A DNA stretch of 64,000 nucleotides from Hemiscyllium ocellatum. Taxonomy: Eukaryota. Where the stretch lies: assembly GCF_020745735.1 (NCBI RefSeq), contig NC_083435.1, positions 35,818,121 to 35,882,120 of the forward strand, read 5' to 3'. A model generated the notes under the pieces. The model was not told the DNA's origin. It ran no database searches and saw only the letters and a list, made by a program, of their open reading frames with translations. The first letter of the stretch is position 1. The number at the start of each line of letters is the position of its first letter. The translations under genes and the position numbers were made by a program. Of this stretch, positions 1 to 10,594 are shown piece after piece.

Positions 1-346
1 GGGATGGAGTTTTTACAGGGGGCAGGGTGGGAGGAGGTGTAGTCCAGGTAGCTGTGGGAGTCAGTCGGTTTATAGTAGATGTCTGTGTTGAGTCGGTCAC
101 CCGAGATAGAGATGGAAAGGTCTAGGAAGGGGAGGGAGGAGTCTGAGACAGTCCAGGTGAATTTGAGGTCGGGATGGAAGGTGTTAGTAAAGTTGATGAA
201 CTGTTCAACCTCCTCGTGGGAGCACGAGGCAGCGCTGATACAGTGATGAACGGTTCAACCTCCTCGTGGGAGCACGAGGCAGCGCCGATACAGTGATGAA
301 CTGTTCAACCTCCTCGTGGGAGGATGAACTGTTCAACTTCAACCTC
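1..346 (-). mobile_element. Penelope-like element, 5'-truncated end (RT C-terminal part), copy A
   Basis: Minus strand reads CSHEEVEQFINFTNTFHPDLKFTWTVSDSSLPFLDLSISISGDRLNTDIYYKPTDSHSYLDY. The end shows serial repeats at 195-346. Confidence 0.85.
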
Positions 347-639
347 TGTAATGTATCAGAGGTGCATGTAGATGCATTGCACAGCCTTCTCCTTGGAAGA
401 CCCATGATCACTGTATTGCAGTCTGTACTCAAACCTCATTGTTGTTTGGTGCAACCATTCAGGCATCACATGACTGAGAAGCTGTACTATTTCTAATATT
501 TCCCACATCGAATCATCACAACCATCCAGAAAGGGTCCAGCAATGAAGATACTAGTGTTTTTTTGGCATTGTCCAAAGACAGAACAGAAAAATTCAGGTG
601 CTAGAAAGCTAAGAGCGAGTCTCAGGCCAGAATAACATC

Positions 640-1076
640 CAGCAACTATCAAGAATGGCTAAACAGGTTTAACCTGTATCCATTCGGGTTTACTAGAATG
701 GGAGGTGATAGTATTGAAACATACCACATTTTGAGAGTGGGTAAATGTTCAGAAGGCATTTTCATTAATTGGGAATCTTGAACAAGGGGGCATAGTTACA
801 GAAAAATGAGACACTCATTTCGAATGGAGGTGGAAATGAATTTCTTCTCCCAGAGGATGGTGAATGTCTGGAATTCTCTATCCCAGAGATTTACAGAGGC
901 TAGAATACTGAAAACATTTAAAAAGTGGAGGGAGATAGGTTTTTGAAATAGTAGGTAGCTGAGGGTGATGAGGAGATGAGACCTGAGACAGATCAGCTAT
1001 GACCTTGTAAATGACAGGCCAGGCTGAAGAAGGGGCTAACTGCTTCCTGCTGCTCCGATTTCTCATATTCTCGTGA
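640..1076 (+). mobile_element. CR1-clade LINE 3' fragment (old)
   Basis: Decayed YQEWLNRFNLY..IETY..RGHSY..FFSQRMVNVWNSL ORF2 tail plus 3' UTR. Confidence 0.7.
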
Positions 1077-1546
1077 AATCAGGTCTAAGTCCCCATTCCC
1101 CTTCGGGCCTTGTCAGTAATGTAAAGCACCATCAGCCAGACTGATGGAGTGCAGCTCTGTGTATGTTATCGGCTGCCACGGAGTATGTACTGGCCCAGAG
1201 TCTCCATGGCAACTGCTAAACTCTCCATGGAGACAATCAGACACATGGTATGTAGACCCAGCCCAGAAAAACTAACATCGATGGACTCTTCTAACCTTCA
1301 ATCCAATGTCTCTGAACAAACCTGCCCGCTGCTGCTATGCCTGTACAGTTTAGTGAAATCATGACTGACCAATCACCTGCTCCCTGGGACTGAGCAGGCA
1401 CTCAGTCTCTGACCATCCTCCAAATGCCAGGGGCCTGGGCTGTTCCTTCCACAACCCACTGCAGAGACGTGCCAGAGATGTGCCCACCAGAATGTGGGGC
1501 TGTGTTAACGGGAGAAAGAGATCCCACTGCAGTGAATGTTACTCAC

Positions 1547-1677
1547 CTGGTGGGGAGTGGGAGAGGGGGTTCAGTTGGTGCACCCTCTGAGGGTGTAGTG
1601 ACGCCTCCCCAGCAGTGGAGGAGGAGCTGACACACGGAGGGGTTTGCCTCTTTGGGTGGGGGCTGTGTGGCTGCTGC
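1547..1677 (-). other. Orphan exon-like segment (131 nt), product unknown
   Basis: Acceptor CTCTTCCCTTTTACAG and donor CAG|GTGAGT both match consensus, and two of three frames are open (Pro-rich). Confidence 0.4.
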
Positions 1678-2051
1678 CTGTAAAAGGGAAGAGTGGGCAT
1701 TCATTGTCCAATAGGTTTGTGTATACTAAGATGTTGACAGTGCTGGTGATGGATGTACAGAGCAGTCCAGATTAATGTAGCTCACTGGGTCACCAAGACA
1801 TGCAGCTATCAGTATTTCCACATGAATGGTTACACTCCTCTCCAGCAATGTCGAGGGTCTTCTCCACTTTGGGACTAAGGAGTCAAACGGTGGTGAGCTG
1901 TCACTTCCACCTTGGTTTGGTCAGCCTGAAGGTATGAGAAATTCTCCAGCAATGTGACAAAGAAAGGGAACACCAACTTAATATTTCCAATCTGATGTGA
2001 CTCTTTTTTGGAACTCAGCATTCGGAACGGAATTACAAAGATGAGCCAGAC

Positions 2052-2170
2052 TGAACTCAAAATGTTCGGTCTGTGTTTCTGTCCCCACAGATGTTGCTTG
2101 ACCTGCTGAGTTTCTCCAGCACTTTCTGCTTTTATTTCAGATCTTCAGCAGCTGCAGTGCTTTGCTTTGG
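2052..2170 (+). mobile_element. Short Penelope-type terminal fragment (copy B at 37678-37796)
   Basis: AGATG..GACCTGCTGAGTTTCTCCAGCAC motif, related to the termini at 13659, 24108 and 34511. Confidence 0.55.
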
Positions 2171-2222
2171 TTTGAGGCAAAGGGAGGGATTGAGTCAGAT
2201 GACAATGCATGGAGGAGCAGTT

Positions 2223-4230
2223 CATAAGACCATAAGACCATAAGACATAGGAGTGGAAGTAAGGCCATTTGGCCCATCGAGTCCACTCCGCCATTCAATC
2301 ATGGCTGATGGGCATTTCAACTCCCCTTACCCGCATTCTCCCTGTAGCCCTTAATTCCTCGTGACATCAAGAATCTATCAACCTCTGCCTTGAAGACATT
2401 TAGCGTCCCGGCCTCCATTGCACTCTGCGGCAATGAATTCCACAGGCCCACCACTCTCTGGCTGAAGAAATGTCTCCGCATTTCTGTTCTGAATTGACCC
2501 CCTCTAATTTTAAGGCTGTGTCCACGAGTCCAAGTCTCCTCTCCTAACGGAAACTATTTCCTAGCGTTCACCCTTTCCAAGCCATGTATTATCTTGTACG
2601 TTTCTATTAAGTCTCCCCTCAATCTTCTAAACTCCAATGAATACAATCCCAGGATCCTCAGCTGTTCCTCGTATGTTAGACCAACCATTCCAGGGATCAT
2701 CCGTGTGAATCTCCGCTGGACACGTTCCAGTGCCAGTATGTCCTTCCTGAGGTGTGGGGACCAAAACTGGACACAGTATTCCTAATGGAACCTAACCAGA
2801 GCTTTATAAAGTCTCCATAGCACAACAGTGCTTTTATATTCCAACCCTCTTGAGATATGTGACAACATTGCATTCGCTTTCTTAATCACGGACTCAACCT
2901 GCATGTTTACCTTTAAAGAATCCTTGACTAGTACTCCCAGATCCCTTTGTACTTTGGCTTTACGAATTTTCTCATCGTTTAGAAAGTAGTCTATGCTTTT
3001 ATTCTTTTTGCCAAAGTGCAAGACCTCGCATTTGCTCACGTTGAATTCCATCAGCCATTTCCTGGACCACTCTCCCAAACTGTCTAGATCCTTCTGCAGC
3101 CTCCCCACTTCCTCAGTACTACCTGCCTATCCACCTAACTTCGTATCATCGGCAAACATTGCTAGAATGTCCCTAGTCCCTTCATCCAAATCATTAATAT
3201 ATAATGTGAACAGCTGTGGCCCCAACATTGAACCCTGCAGGACACCGCTCGTCACCGGCTGCCATTCTGAAAAAGAAACTTTTATCCCAACTCTCTGCCT
3301 TCTGTCAGACAGCCAATCCTCAATCCATCCCAGTAGCTCACCTTGAACACCATGGGCCCTCACCTTGCTCAGCAGCCTCCCGTGTGGCACCTTATCAAAG
3401 GCCTTTTGGAAGTCTAGATAGACCACATCCACTGGGTTTCCCTGGTCTAACCCACTTGTCACCTCTTCAAAGAATTCCAACAGGTTTGTCAGGCATGACC
3501 TCCCCTTACTAAATCCATGTTGACTTGTTCTAATCAGACTCTGCTCTTCCAAGAATTTAGAAACCTCATCCTTAATGATGGATTCTAGAATTTTACCAAC
3601 AACCGAGGTTAAACTGATTGGCCTATAATTTTCCATCTTTTGTGTTGATCCTTTCTTGAACAAGAGGGTTACAACAGCAATCTTCCAATCATCCGGGACT
3701 TTCCCTGACTCCAGTGACTCTTGAAAGATGTCAATCAATGCCTCCACTATTTCCTCAGCCACCTCTCTCAGAACTCTAGGATGTATCCCATCGGGGCCAG
3801 GAGATTTATCAATTTTAAGACCTTTTAGCTTTTCTAGCACTTTCTCTTTTGTAACGGCAACCATACTCAACTCAGCCCCCTGACTCCCTTTAATTGTTGG
3901 GATATTACTCATGTCTTCCACTGTGAAAACTGACGCAAAGTACTTGTTAAGTTCTCCTGCTATTTCCTTATCTCCCATTACTAGGCTTCCAGCATCAGTT
4001 TGAAGTGGCCCAATGTCTACTTTTGCCTGTCGTTTGTTTCTTATGTATTGAAAGAAACTTTTACTATCATTTCTAATATTACTGGCTAGCCTACCTTCAT
4101 ATTTGATCCTCTCCTTTCTTATTTCTCTCTTTGTTATCCTCTGTTTGTTTTTGTAACCTTCCCAATCTTCTGATTTCCCACTGCTCTTGGCCACTTTATA
4201 GGATCTCTCTTTTTCTTTAATAGATTTCCA
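2223..4230 (-). mobile_element. CR1-clade LINE, 5'-truncated, relatively young; RT largely intact
   Basis: ORF 3127-4311 has [44 protein letters not shown] and FADD. The frame continues past stops at 3127 and 2782 to the end of ORF2. The 3' tail is (CATAAGAC)x3 on the + strand at 2223-2246. Confidence 0.95.
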
Positions 4231-4699
4231 TGACAATGCAAGAGCAGGAGAGGTGGTGAAATATCCCCAGTGAGGGAGTAAGAAACACAGAGGGCAGGTA
4301 GGGTTAGTCATTTAGGAGGATGAAGTGGGTGAGAGTCAGTGAGAGGTGATGCTATGAATAATGGTGACAGTTGTAAACCATGAGCCTTTTGAGCTTCCTG
4401 TGCAGTGATTATGGAGAAGCAGAGTGAAGGTGGTGACACTTACACCAGCAGCGTAAAGAATATCAGCAACTTTCTTCCAGCACTGCTGTGCCTTTATATG
4501 CTTGCACAAAGTGGAACTGACTTGGGTGACTGCATTAATCCAGGCTCCCTGGATCTGGGGGCAAGGCCTCCTTTATCAGTCAGCAGGATACATCACTGCC
4601 CTCCTCTCTACTGTCTAGTCCCCCAGCAAAGGATTCTGGGTAATCCAAGATGGAGGACAGGAAAGCTTTCTGGCTGTAAGAGCTGCTCCTTTTTGTGAA

Positions 4700-5000
4700 G
4701 TATTTTAGGTGCTGGAGGTGATTTTCTCGAATTCCAGGAGCAGCAATTACTGTTTTATTTGCTGTTGCATTGTTTTGGAACTTTGGGGGGAAAAAAAGTC
4801 AAAACAACAGCAGTTTTTAAAGGGAGAAGAACAGACAAAGGAAGCACATGGTGAGGACATTGCAGGGGGGAGAGAGAGAGAGAGAGAGAGAACCTGCACA
4901 GTACTGCCTTTGCTGAATTTGAATTCATGTGTCGCTGGATATCGGAGTGCGTCTGGGAAAATTAACAAACAGTGAATTTCACAACTAAACTTGGAGCAAC
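4700..5000. repeat. Interspersed repeat fragment, possibly LTR-derived (copy B 40325-40625)
   Basis: Resembles elasmobranch LTR-type repeats from memory only and contains a (GA)n run. Class not established. Confidence 0.25.
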
Positions 5001-5006
5001 CTGTTA

Positions 5007-5212
5007 GCTGCCAGAGGATGTGGTGGAGGCTGGTACAATTGCAACACTTAAGAGGCATTTGAATGGGTATATGAATAGGAAGGGTTTGGAGGAATATGGG
5101 CCGGGTGCTGGTAGGTGGGACTAGATTGGGTTGGGCTATCTGGTCGGCATGGATGGGTTGGACCGAAGGGTCTGTTTCTGTGCAGTACATCTCTATGACT
5201 CCATGACTCTCT
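5007..5212 (+). mobile_element. CR1 3' end (copy B 40632-40837)
   Basis: CR1 3' UTR ending CTATGACTCCATGACT. Nearly the same sequence occurs at 30865-31070. Confidence 0.85.
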
Positions 5213-5784
5213 AACTCCAGGTCCCTGTCAATGAAGCTTCACATCCTCATTGGAGCAGAACAGTGAGAGGGCAGTCTCAGGCTTCGAGGTTTTGAAGTGT
5301 TGGGGAACTGGATGTTAAACATGACTCCAGCATCGAAGCAACTCAAGGCCCCTGTGCAGTGGTAATTATCTCCGGTAAGATCCGAAAGCCCAAAAGGACA
5401 TCTAACTGTTAATTAATGAACAGCAAAGCATAGAATTGTACAACACAAGTCACCATGGGTCATGGTGGGAAATTCATCAAGAAACCTCCGGAAATCTACA
5501 CACAGCTTCAAAAGGAGAAGCTTCAGCCCCGTAACCTGTTATTGATCATCTCCACTTCCTTATCTCTGAGGTATTTAATTTAGAGATCCCCATCTCTTTT
5601 CATATTTGCTCCTGGATTCATATCGTCCATTCTGTAACACGGGAGAGTATTGATCTCCCCCCTTTATGTATGAATGGACACTGAGACCCCGTGAGATGAC
5701 AGAATTCCCCAACAATTCTCCTGGAGGATCACAACCACCTGACTGGATTCTTACTTGCACAATCTCAAATCTGTCCCCAGGGGA

Positions 5785-6105
5785 GCTGGTGGTAACATGG
5801 TACTGTCACGAGATTTGTAATCCTGAGGTTTAGGTTAATGTTCAGGGGACACATGTTCAACTTAACCAAAGCAGCTGGTGGAATTTAAACTGCAAGAATA
5901 AATCTGGATTCTGAAGCTAATCTTGGTTGTGGTGACCATAGCAATTTTCATTGTTTTAAAAACCTATCTTTTCAGAAAGGAAATGGCCATCCACACCCAG
6001 AGTAGCCAAAATATGATTCCTGACTGACCTTCTTAATGGTCCTTAAACTATCCAGTTGGAATAGTCAGGGATGGAGAGCAAATGCTGCCTTATATGTATA
6101 ATGTC
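5785..6105 (+). mobile_element. Old tRNA-derived SINE with L2-type tail (copy B 41410-41730)
   Basis: Shares GGTGGAATTTAAA and the GGGATGG..AAATGCTG tail with the inverted copy at 10595-10970. Confidence 0.6.
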
Positions 6106-6139
6106 TAAAGAGATGTAAATCTCCTGATCTTCATTCCCA

Positions 6140-6624
6140 GTGATCATTATTCTGAAAGATTGAACATAGTTATTGGTAAGGATAAGGCTGGTCCTCAGGT
6201 GAAAGGGCGAAACTGGGTAAAGGATAATTCCAAACGGATTTGGCAGGAATTGGAGAAATTAGATTGCGGGGGACTGTTTGATGGTCAATCCACATCTGAC
6301 ATGTGGGAAGACTTTTTAAGGCCAGTTGATCAGAATTCAGGACCAGCCTGTTCCTGTGAGGATGAAAAATAAGGATGACGAGATTTGGGAATCCTGGATG
6401 ATAAGAAATATTGAAAGATTAGTTAAAAATGAGAAGCAAAGTATGTTACGTTTAAGAAACTGAAATCAGACAAAGCAATTGAGAAGATAAAGGAAGTAAA
6501 GAAGTATTTAAATAAGGAATTAAGAGCAATAAAATGGGCCATGAGGTGTCCTTGGCAATCAGGATTTAGGAAAATCCCAAAGCATTTTATACATATATTA
6601 GAAAGTGAGCAACTACGGAAAGGG
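6140..6624 (+). mobile_element. CR1 ORF2 internal fragment between endonuclease and RT (copy B 41765-42249)
   Basis: Decayed KDKAGPQVK..NW..STSDMWEDF..IRENPKAFYTY; abuts the 40-bp minisatellite. Confidence 0.75.
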
Positions 6625-8128
6625 CAGTGTGGGGGTTAATGGGGTGGATCATCTACAGAGAGCCCAGTGTGGGGGTTAATGGGGTGGGTCATCTACAGAG
6701 AGCTCAGTGTGGGGGTTAATGGGGTGGGTCATCTACAGAGAGCTCAGTGTGAGGATTAATGGAGTGGGTCATCTACAGAGAGCCCAGTATGGTGGTTATT
6801 GGTTTGGGTCATGTACAGAGAGGCCAGTGTGGGGGTTAATGGGGTGGGTCATGTACAGGGAGCCCAGTGTGGGGGTTAATGGGGTGGGTCATGTACAGAG
6901 AGCCCAGAGTGAGGGTTAATGGAGAGGGTCATGTACAGAGAGCCCAGTGTGGGGATTAATGGAGTAGATTGTGTACAGAGAGCCCAGTGTGGGGATTAAT
7001 GGAGTAGATTATGTACAGAGAGCCCAGTGTGGGGATTAATGGAGTAGATTGTGTACAGAGAGCCCAGTGTGGGTGTTAATGGAGTAGATTGTGTACAGAG
7101 AGCCCAGTGTGGGGATTAATGGAGTAGATTGTGTACAGAGAGCCCAGTGTGGGGATTAATGGAGTAGATTGTGTACAGGGAGCCCAGTGTGGGGGTTAAT
7201 GGGGTGGGTCATGTACAGGGAGCCCAGTGTGGGGGTTAATGGAGAGGGTCATGTACAGAGAGCCCAGTGTGGGGATTAATGGAGTAGATTGTGTACAGAG
7301 AGCCCAGTGTGGGGATTAATGGAGTAGATTATGTACAGAGAGCCCAGTGTTGGGGTTAATGGAGTCGATTGTGTACAGAGAGCCCAGTGTTGGGGTTAAT
7401 GGAGTAGATTGTGTACAGAGAGCCCAGTGTGGGGGTTAATGGAGTAGACTGTGTACAGAGAGCCCAGTGTGGGGGTTAATGGGATGGGTCATGTACAGGG
7501 AGCCCAGTGTGGGGATTAATGGAGTAGATTGTGTACAGAGAGCCCAGTGTGGGTGTTAATGGAGTAGATTATGTACAGAGAGCCCAGTGTGGGGATTAAT
7601 GGAGTAGATTGTGTACAAAGAGCCCAGTGTGGGGATTAATGGAGTAGATTGTGTCCAGAGAGCCTAGTGTGGGTGTTAATGGAGTAGATTGTGTACAGAG
7701 AGCTCAGTGTGGGGGTTAATGGAGTAGATTGTGTACAGACAGCCCAGTGTGGGTGTTAATGGAGTAGATTGTGTACAGACAGCCCAGTGTGGGTGTTAAT
7801 GGAGTAGACTGTGTACAGAGAGCCCAGTGTGGGGGTTAATGGAGTAGACTGTGTACAGAGAGCCCAGTGTGGGGGTTAATGGAGTAGATTGTGTACAGAG
7901 AGCCCAGTGTGGGGGTTAATGGAGTAGATTGTGTACAGAGAGCCCAGTGTGGGGTTTAATGGAGTAGATTGTGTACAGAGAGCCCAGTGTGGGGGTTAAT
8001 GGAGTAGATTGTGTACAGAGAGCCTAGTGTGGGGTTTAATGGAGTAGATTGTGTACAGAGAGCCCAGTGTGGGGTTTAATGGAGTAGACTGTGTACAGAG
8101 AGCCCAGTGTGGGGGTTAATGGAGTGGG
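6625..8128. repeat. 40-bp minisatellite, about 37.5 units (AGCCCAGTGTGGGGGTTAATGGAGTAGATTGTGTACAGAG)
   Basis: Exact 40-bp register with no indels from 6661 to 8100 (36 units), plus partial end units. Confidence 0.98.
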
Positions 8129-8134
8129 GTACAT

Positions 8135-8990
8135 CTTAAGATCAGCCAAAATAGGAACAGAAGGAGGTCATTCGGTTCCTCCTCCATTCAATAGGATCGT
8201 GGTTGGTCTGACAATCTTCACATTAAGTTTGTTGCCTTTTTCACATTACTCTTAATCTCATCCTGATCAAGAAACTATCTCAGCCTGAAAAACCCACAAG
8301 GATTCTACCCCACAGTTGTCTGTAGCAAGGAGTTTCAAACTCCCCGAAGCCTCTGAGAAAAGAAATGTCTCCTTAATTTAAATTGGAACCCCTTTCATTC
8401 TGAGACAATACCTTTTGAGTCCTCAGCTCTCTCTTGAGGGAAACGTTCTTTCAGCATTGATGATGTGAATCTCCTTAAGAATGGTACATGTGACCATGTG
8501 ATCACCTCTCATCCCTCAAAACTGCAGGGAGAAGAGTCCCAACCTGGTGAAGCTTTTCTCACAAAACAATCCTTCCATACCAGGGATTATCCCAGCAAAC
8601 CTTCCCTGACCTGCCTCCAAATCTGTGATATCTGTCCTTAAATCAGGGATCCGAAACTGCTTACCCTGCTTCAGTGATCCCACAGCACTAGGTACAGTTG
8701 CATTTAGACCTCTCAACTCTTCGACTCCAAGCCCCTTGAAACAATGGCCAGTATTCCATTTACCTTCCTGATTACCTGCTCTTCCTGTGTGCTCGCTTTC
8801 TGTGTTTCCTGCACAAGGATCCCTTAGCGTTCTGCAGTTTTTCTCCATTTAACTGATATTGTGTTCTTTTGTCCCCCTTCCAAAATGAATACGTTCACGT
8901 ATTCCCACGTTGTACTCCTTTTGTCCACTTATTTATTCTTTTGATATTTTTCCATCAAGTCTATATCGCAACTTGCTTTCTCATTTAATG
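8135..8990 (-). mobile_element. CR1 3' portion, old (copy B 43760-44615)
   Basis: Minus strand gives decayed ..LEAGQGRFAGIIPGMEGLFCEKSFTRLGLFSL.. and the CR1 3' UTR. Confidence 0.75.
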
Positions 8991-9007
8991 TTCATGGGAG
9001 ATAATGG

Positions 9008-9082
9008 TTGTGTAGAGAGCCCAGTCTAGGGGTTAATAGAGTCGGTCATACAGAGAGTCCAGTCTTGGGGGTTAATGCAATG
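9008..9082. repeat. Two diverged units of the 40-bp minisatellite (copy B 44633-44707)
   Basis: GAGAGCCCAGTCTAGGGGTTAATAGAGT and GAGAGTCCAGTCTTGGGGGTTAATG. Confidence 0.75.
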
Positions 9083-9084
9083 GA

Positions 9085-9490
9085 TGAGAAATGAATCATC
9101 TCAGACTGCCTCCATGTGAACTGATTGCAGTTCACTGCTTAATTCATCAAGAGGATCCGTCCACACAGACCCTACTGCTGAGCACCATCATGTCAAAAGG
9201 AGCATTAAGCTTTAACCTTATTAAAAGTGGACATTTAAATAGCCATCAGTTGAAAGAGTTACCGAAAGCCTTGGAATCAGAGTTCAGTGAGTTAATGTAC
9301 TTTTATGAAGAGAAATGACTCCTCCACAGTGGGAGGACGAGGCTGATGTGATTTCACAAACTGAGGCGCAAAGTGAATATTTTCATGAAGACAAAGGAAA
9401 AAGCTGCTTCTGACCTGAGTGAGAGCAAGTGACTGCGATACTGGGCAGTACCTGCCTGACCTCAGTGTCACATTGCAAGTTCCTAATCAT
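9085..9490 (+). mobile_element. hAT (Charlie/SPIN-like) transposase fossil fragment
   Basis: LIAVHCLIHQE (CxxH motif), ..LNSHQLKEL..LESEFSELMYFYEEK*L (conserved W of EVRWL mutated to stop), ..KLRRKVNIFMKTK. Confidence 0.75.
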
Positions 9491-9498
9491 CCTCATGT

Positions 9499-10361
9499 TT
9501 TTGCAAGGTTTGTGAAGGTTTGTAGCTCAGGTTGAGGTTTAGGGTGTAGGTTTGCTCGCTGAGCTGTAGGTTTGATATCCTGACGTTTCAGTACCTGGCT
9601 ACGTAACATCATCAGTGGCGACCTCCAAGTGAAGCGAAGCTGTTGTCTCCTGCTTTCTATTTATATCTTTCTCCTGGATGGGGTTCCTGGGGTTTGTGGT
9701 GATGTCATTTCCTGTTCGTTTTCTGAGGAGTTGATAGGTGGTATCTAGATCTATGTGTTTGTTTATGGCGTTGTGGTTGGAGTGCCAGGCCTCCAGGAAT
9801 TCTCTGGGATGTCTTTGCTTAGCCCGTCCCAGAATAGATGTGTTGTCCCAGTCGAAATTGTGTTTTTTTTCATCCGTGTGTAGGGATACGAGGGAGAGAG
9901 GGTCATGTTATTTTGTGGCTAGCTGGTGTTCGTGTATCCTGCAGCACAGATGAACTTCAGAAAACAGAGGAGAACCATCTATACAACGTATTCAAGAAGA
10001 ACGGATACTCAAAAAATACAGTGCGCAGATTCCTCAGGAACAAACCACGACAAGCAGACCAAACACAGCCAGAAACCCTAACCACCTTACCTTACTTCAA
10101 AGAAATTTCAGAAATGACAGCCAGACTACTAAGACCCCTCGGAATCCTAGTAGCACACAAACCCACCAACACTCTCAAACAAAAACTAACAAACTTTAAA
10201 GACCCAATACAACCCATGGACAAAACCAATGCCATCTACAAAATTCCATGTAAGGACTGCCACAAACACTACGTAGGACAAACAGGAAGAAAGTTAGCCA
10301 CCAGGATACACGAACACCAGCTAGCCACAAAAAGACACATCCCTCTCTCCCTCATAGCCCT
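9499..10361. mobile_element. Penelope-like element (second family): inverted terminal part (9499-9941, -) joined to sense GIY-YIG body (9939-10361, +)
   Basis: + ORF: YKIPCKDCHKHYVGQTGRKLATRIHEHQLATK. The - part continues RIHEHQLATK*HDPLSLVSLHTDEKKHNFDWDNTSILG..REFLEAWHSNHNAINKHIDLD and carries a hammerhead-like core. Confidence 0.9.
9578..9619 (-). ncRNA. Minimal type I hammerhead ribozyme relic in a Penelope terminus (copy B 45203-45244)
   Basis: Minus strand CCA-CUGAUGA-U-GUUACGUAGCCAGGUACU-GAAAC-GUC-AGG. The core is intact, but helices I and II contain mismatches. Confidence 0.6.
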
Positions 10362-10594
10362 GCGAATCCAGCTCAGATTAGATTTAAGCTGCCACATCCA
10401 GTCCTGATGGCAGTGACTAATTCAGCAACTCACTGGCAGAGGAGACTGTACAAATATCCCATTGTCAATGCTGGGGGAGGCCAGCACATTAGCTGCTGCC
10501 TCCGATGCCTTTGTCAATGCTGGGCAGGCAATGAGTTTCCTTCCTTATTTTACACTTTGATAAGTTTGACTTTACTCATGAGACTATTCAGTGA

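Noticed and set aside
356-652. 98-aa minus-strand ORF
   Set aside because: No recognisable family; it lies between two retroelement fragments.
3127-4311. 394-aa ORF as a host gene
   Set aside because: It is CR1 reverse transcriptase. The first 28 or so residues come from flanking DNA beyond the truncation point, and the frame is interrupted by stops downstream.
6625-8128. Regular 40-bp repeats as a CRISPR array
   Set aside because: Units are contiguous with no unique spacers, there are no cas genes, and the context is vertebrate. The same applies to 16153-16870 and 29157-29402.
9838-10407. 189-aa GIY-YIG ORF as a domesticated nuclease
   Set aside because: It is a chimera of antisense element sequence, a Penelope fragment and flank, and lacks the C-terminal part of the domain in frame.
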